DNA of 64,000 bases, from the NCBI GenBank assembly GCA_043228905.1, contig JBHGNT010000001.1, positions 12,090,001 to 12,154,000 on the forward strand, given 5' to 3'. Shown here piece after piece: positions 61,664-64,000 of this stretch (position 1 is its first letter; each line of letters opens with the position of its first letter). A program made the translations under genes and the position numbers. The notes beneath the pieces were generated by a model. That model did not search any database. It was not told where the DNA came from and saw only the letters and a program-made list of their open reading frames with translations. Source of the DNA: Azolla caroliniana (lineage: Eukaryota > Plantae > Polypodiophyta).

Positions 61664-63109
61664 ATAACGTATATATTATGATAGATACATTGTTAAGCGA
61701 TTGTCGTTTATGTAACTAATCCATTGTAAACATGTTAGAGACATTATTCCCCTCAACCAAGGGGTTCATGATGTAGAATGCTTTTTAAAGCATTCACTCT
61801 TTTAATTTGTAATATAACTAAACTATGTATATCTTGTATTACATTTGGATAACTAATCGTTTATTCTTTTTGTGTGAGTGCTGAAAGCAAATGTGGCTAT
61901 ATGCCTGTAATTTGTGTGTATATAAAATCTATGTTTGTTTAGCAATGATCAAGGAAGGCATCTTACTATCATTGTTAGACTTCGAACAAACTTCTGTGCT
62001 GCCTTTTAAATGTGCATCCTGCATTGGGCTGATATCCTCATAATTAATTGTTTATGTAAAATGTAGTGGAAGGCAAGGGATAAAATCACATTAAGGTAAA
62101 GATCATATTGTTGTATGGGACTTGTACATTTCAATGTCATGCATCTTTAATTGGAAACTAGGGACAAACAGGTTACTAATGTTTCTTCGAATTTGTGTGG
62201 AATTTGCTCCCGATTTTAAATGCTCAAGTGGTATGGAATGGTTTGTGTGTGATACATTTGGTCGGTGAAGAATGCTAAAAATGGATGTGGTTTATATAGA
62301 TAAATATACTTGTTCTGGGCTTGAAAACAGTGCTTTATTATATGACTAGATGTACTTGCAAGATGCGTCATCTTCAAATATTATTGTGTAAATGTGAGAA
62401 TTGTGGTGCTAGATTGGCTATTCAACTATATGCAATTGCAATGGTAAGAGGTTGAATGTGACCACAAGAGCAATCCCCAATAAACATTTATGGTATTTGA
62501 GGTGGGTTATATTATAACTAGGAGTGGTATTGTCACCATTGTGATTATGATTATTCGAATCATGAGGGGAAATGACATGGCAATGCTCTTTTGGTACCTT
62601 TGGAACAAGTTTCTACAAATGCTCTTCTAGTGAGTGTATCGCAAATCGTGTTGGTGGCACTCTTGGAACTCCTATGTAATGTTAGCACATAGTGTTATTG
62701 GCCATTTTAGGCCACCATTGTTGACGGTGAATGTGTTGTCACACAAACTACATACTACTAGGTTTCCCAAGCTTGCACTAGCCGATGAAAGAATCTACGA
62801 CATAATTGTGCTTATTTAATGACCAATTGTCTTCGCAAAATTGAGAAGGAAAGCTAAAGTAGTGGCTACCTATGTATTTGTCAGAGTCACATTAACCAAC
62901 ATGATTGGGTGTGATTTGACGACCCAAGTGGCCAAAGATCGACACACTCAAGTCTCCATGGACACACATCTAGGAGCCTCATACCAAACAAAAGTATTTG
63001 ACGCCATGGTCATGTGACTCACGTCTACGTTCATGTATGGTGCAAACATATAGGATTGAGAGCTCCCCTTATACCGTGAACCTAAAAAGGATGACCCCTA
63101 GTTAGGATA

Positions 63110-63945
63110 TTGTTGCGGTGTCGTGATGTGGCGTGGCCAAAGGTAGAAAAGGGAAAACTGGACCATATCCATAGAAATATATGTATATATGAAAAGATAA
63201 ATATAATAAATAAAGTGGATGACTTAGTGGTTAGAGCTATTCACTAGGCTTAAGGTAAGTGTAGCGTTTGGACTAATTATTTCCTTTCCTTTTTCGAAGA
63301 AAGATAGGGAATAAGTGCATTTAATGCTAGAATTAGGGACATCTTTTTTTCTATAAAAAGAGGATAAGAGGGCTTATTTCGAGTCGCTTTTTTTGCGTTT
63401 TGGGGTGTGACATTAGGGTTTCTTTACTTCCTCTTCTTCATTTCTAAAAGGTCGCTCATTTTGGGTTTTAGGAGCGCACCATTAGGAAGTTGTTCATTTT
63501 GTGTTTCGAGAGTTTTATTTTTTTTCTTCTTCATGAGTACTTATGGTTTTTCTTCTCATTTGTCTTCTTGTTCTCAAACGTACATTGCGATTGATTCTCT
63601 AGCGAGCACCGTTACGCGTCGCTGAATTCGAATAAGGGGTTAGGCAAACTCACACGCCAATCATTTGAAGGGAGGACGAAGTGGCACTGGAACACTACTC
63701 TGATTCGATGCATTGTAACCATCGGTTATAGTCACAATCTCGGTGACCCACTTGTCTCGCACCTTCATCGAAAATTAGGCTGACTCCCCAACTTTCATTT
63801 TGTCTCGCACCTTCTAATCATTCATTGTATCACTTCTTGTTACCCTAGTGATCTAATCACTATGTACATTTTGCAACCCTATTTTATAAAGGGATTCTTT
63901 TTCATAATCTATCGTTTCAAGCCTAAAAAGAGGCCCATTTTTTGT
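63110..63945 (+). repeat. Second copy of the older interspersed (LTR-like) repeat seen at 23345-23399 / 27533-28360
   Basis: Shares the ordered motifs listed for 27533-28360. Boundaries are approximate. Confidence 0.55.
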
Positions 63946-64000
63946 CTTAATACTATGCAAACACTTTGTAATCTCGTTTTTCTTGTGTTAATTGTGTATT

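Overview
Eukaryotic nuclear DNA from a land plant. A fern or other non-flowering lineage is plausible from gene style, but that is inference. There are three apparently intact host genes: an intronless cytochrome-b5-fused front-end desaturase (SLD/delta-8 type, 9064-11019), a 3-exon ZIP metal transporter with a ZDRE in its promoter (18678-21772), and a 13-exon branched-chain keto-acid dehydrogenase E1 beta gene (56346-61663). There is also a small heat-shock protein pseudogene. The rest is mostly transposable elements: five Ty1/copia copies (one intact with apparently identical LTRs), a non-coding LTR element, solo LTRs, a LINE remnant and several MITEs. The main discovery is a 10.5-kb TIR DNA transposon (28595-39105; 36-bp TIRs, TATC target-site duplication). 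It carries a Sola-like DDE transposase and a divergently transcribed, intron-containing prokaryote-type (beta-class N4C/N6A) DNA methyltransferase gene. Between the two lies an array of twelve 25-bp palindromes at a 51-bp period. This copy is decayed: a rearranged Copia insertion removed the 5' part of the methyltransferase. All coordinates and alignments were read by eye and no database searches were run.
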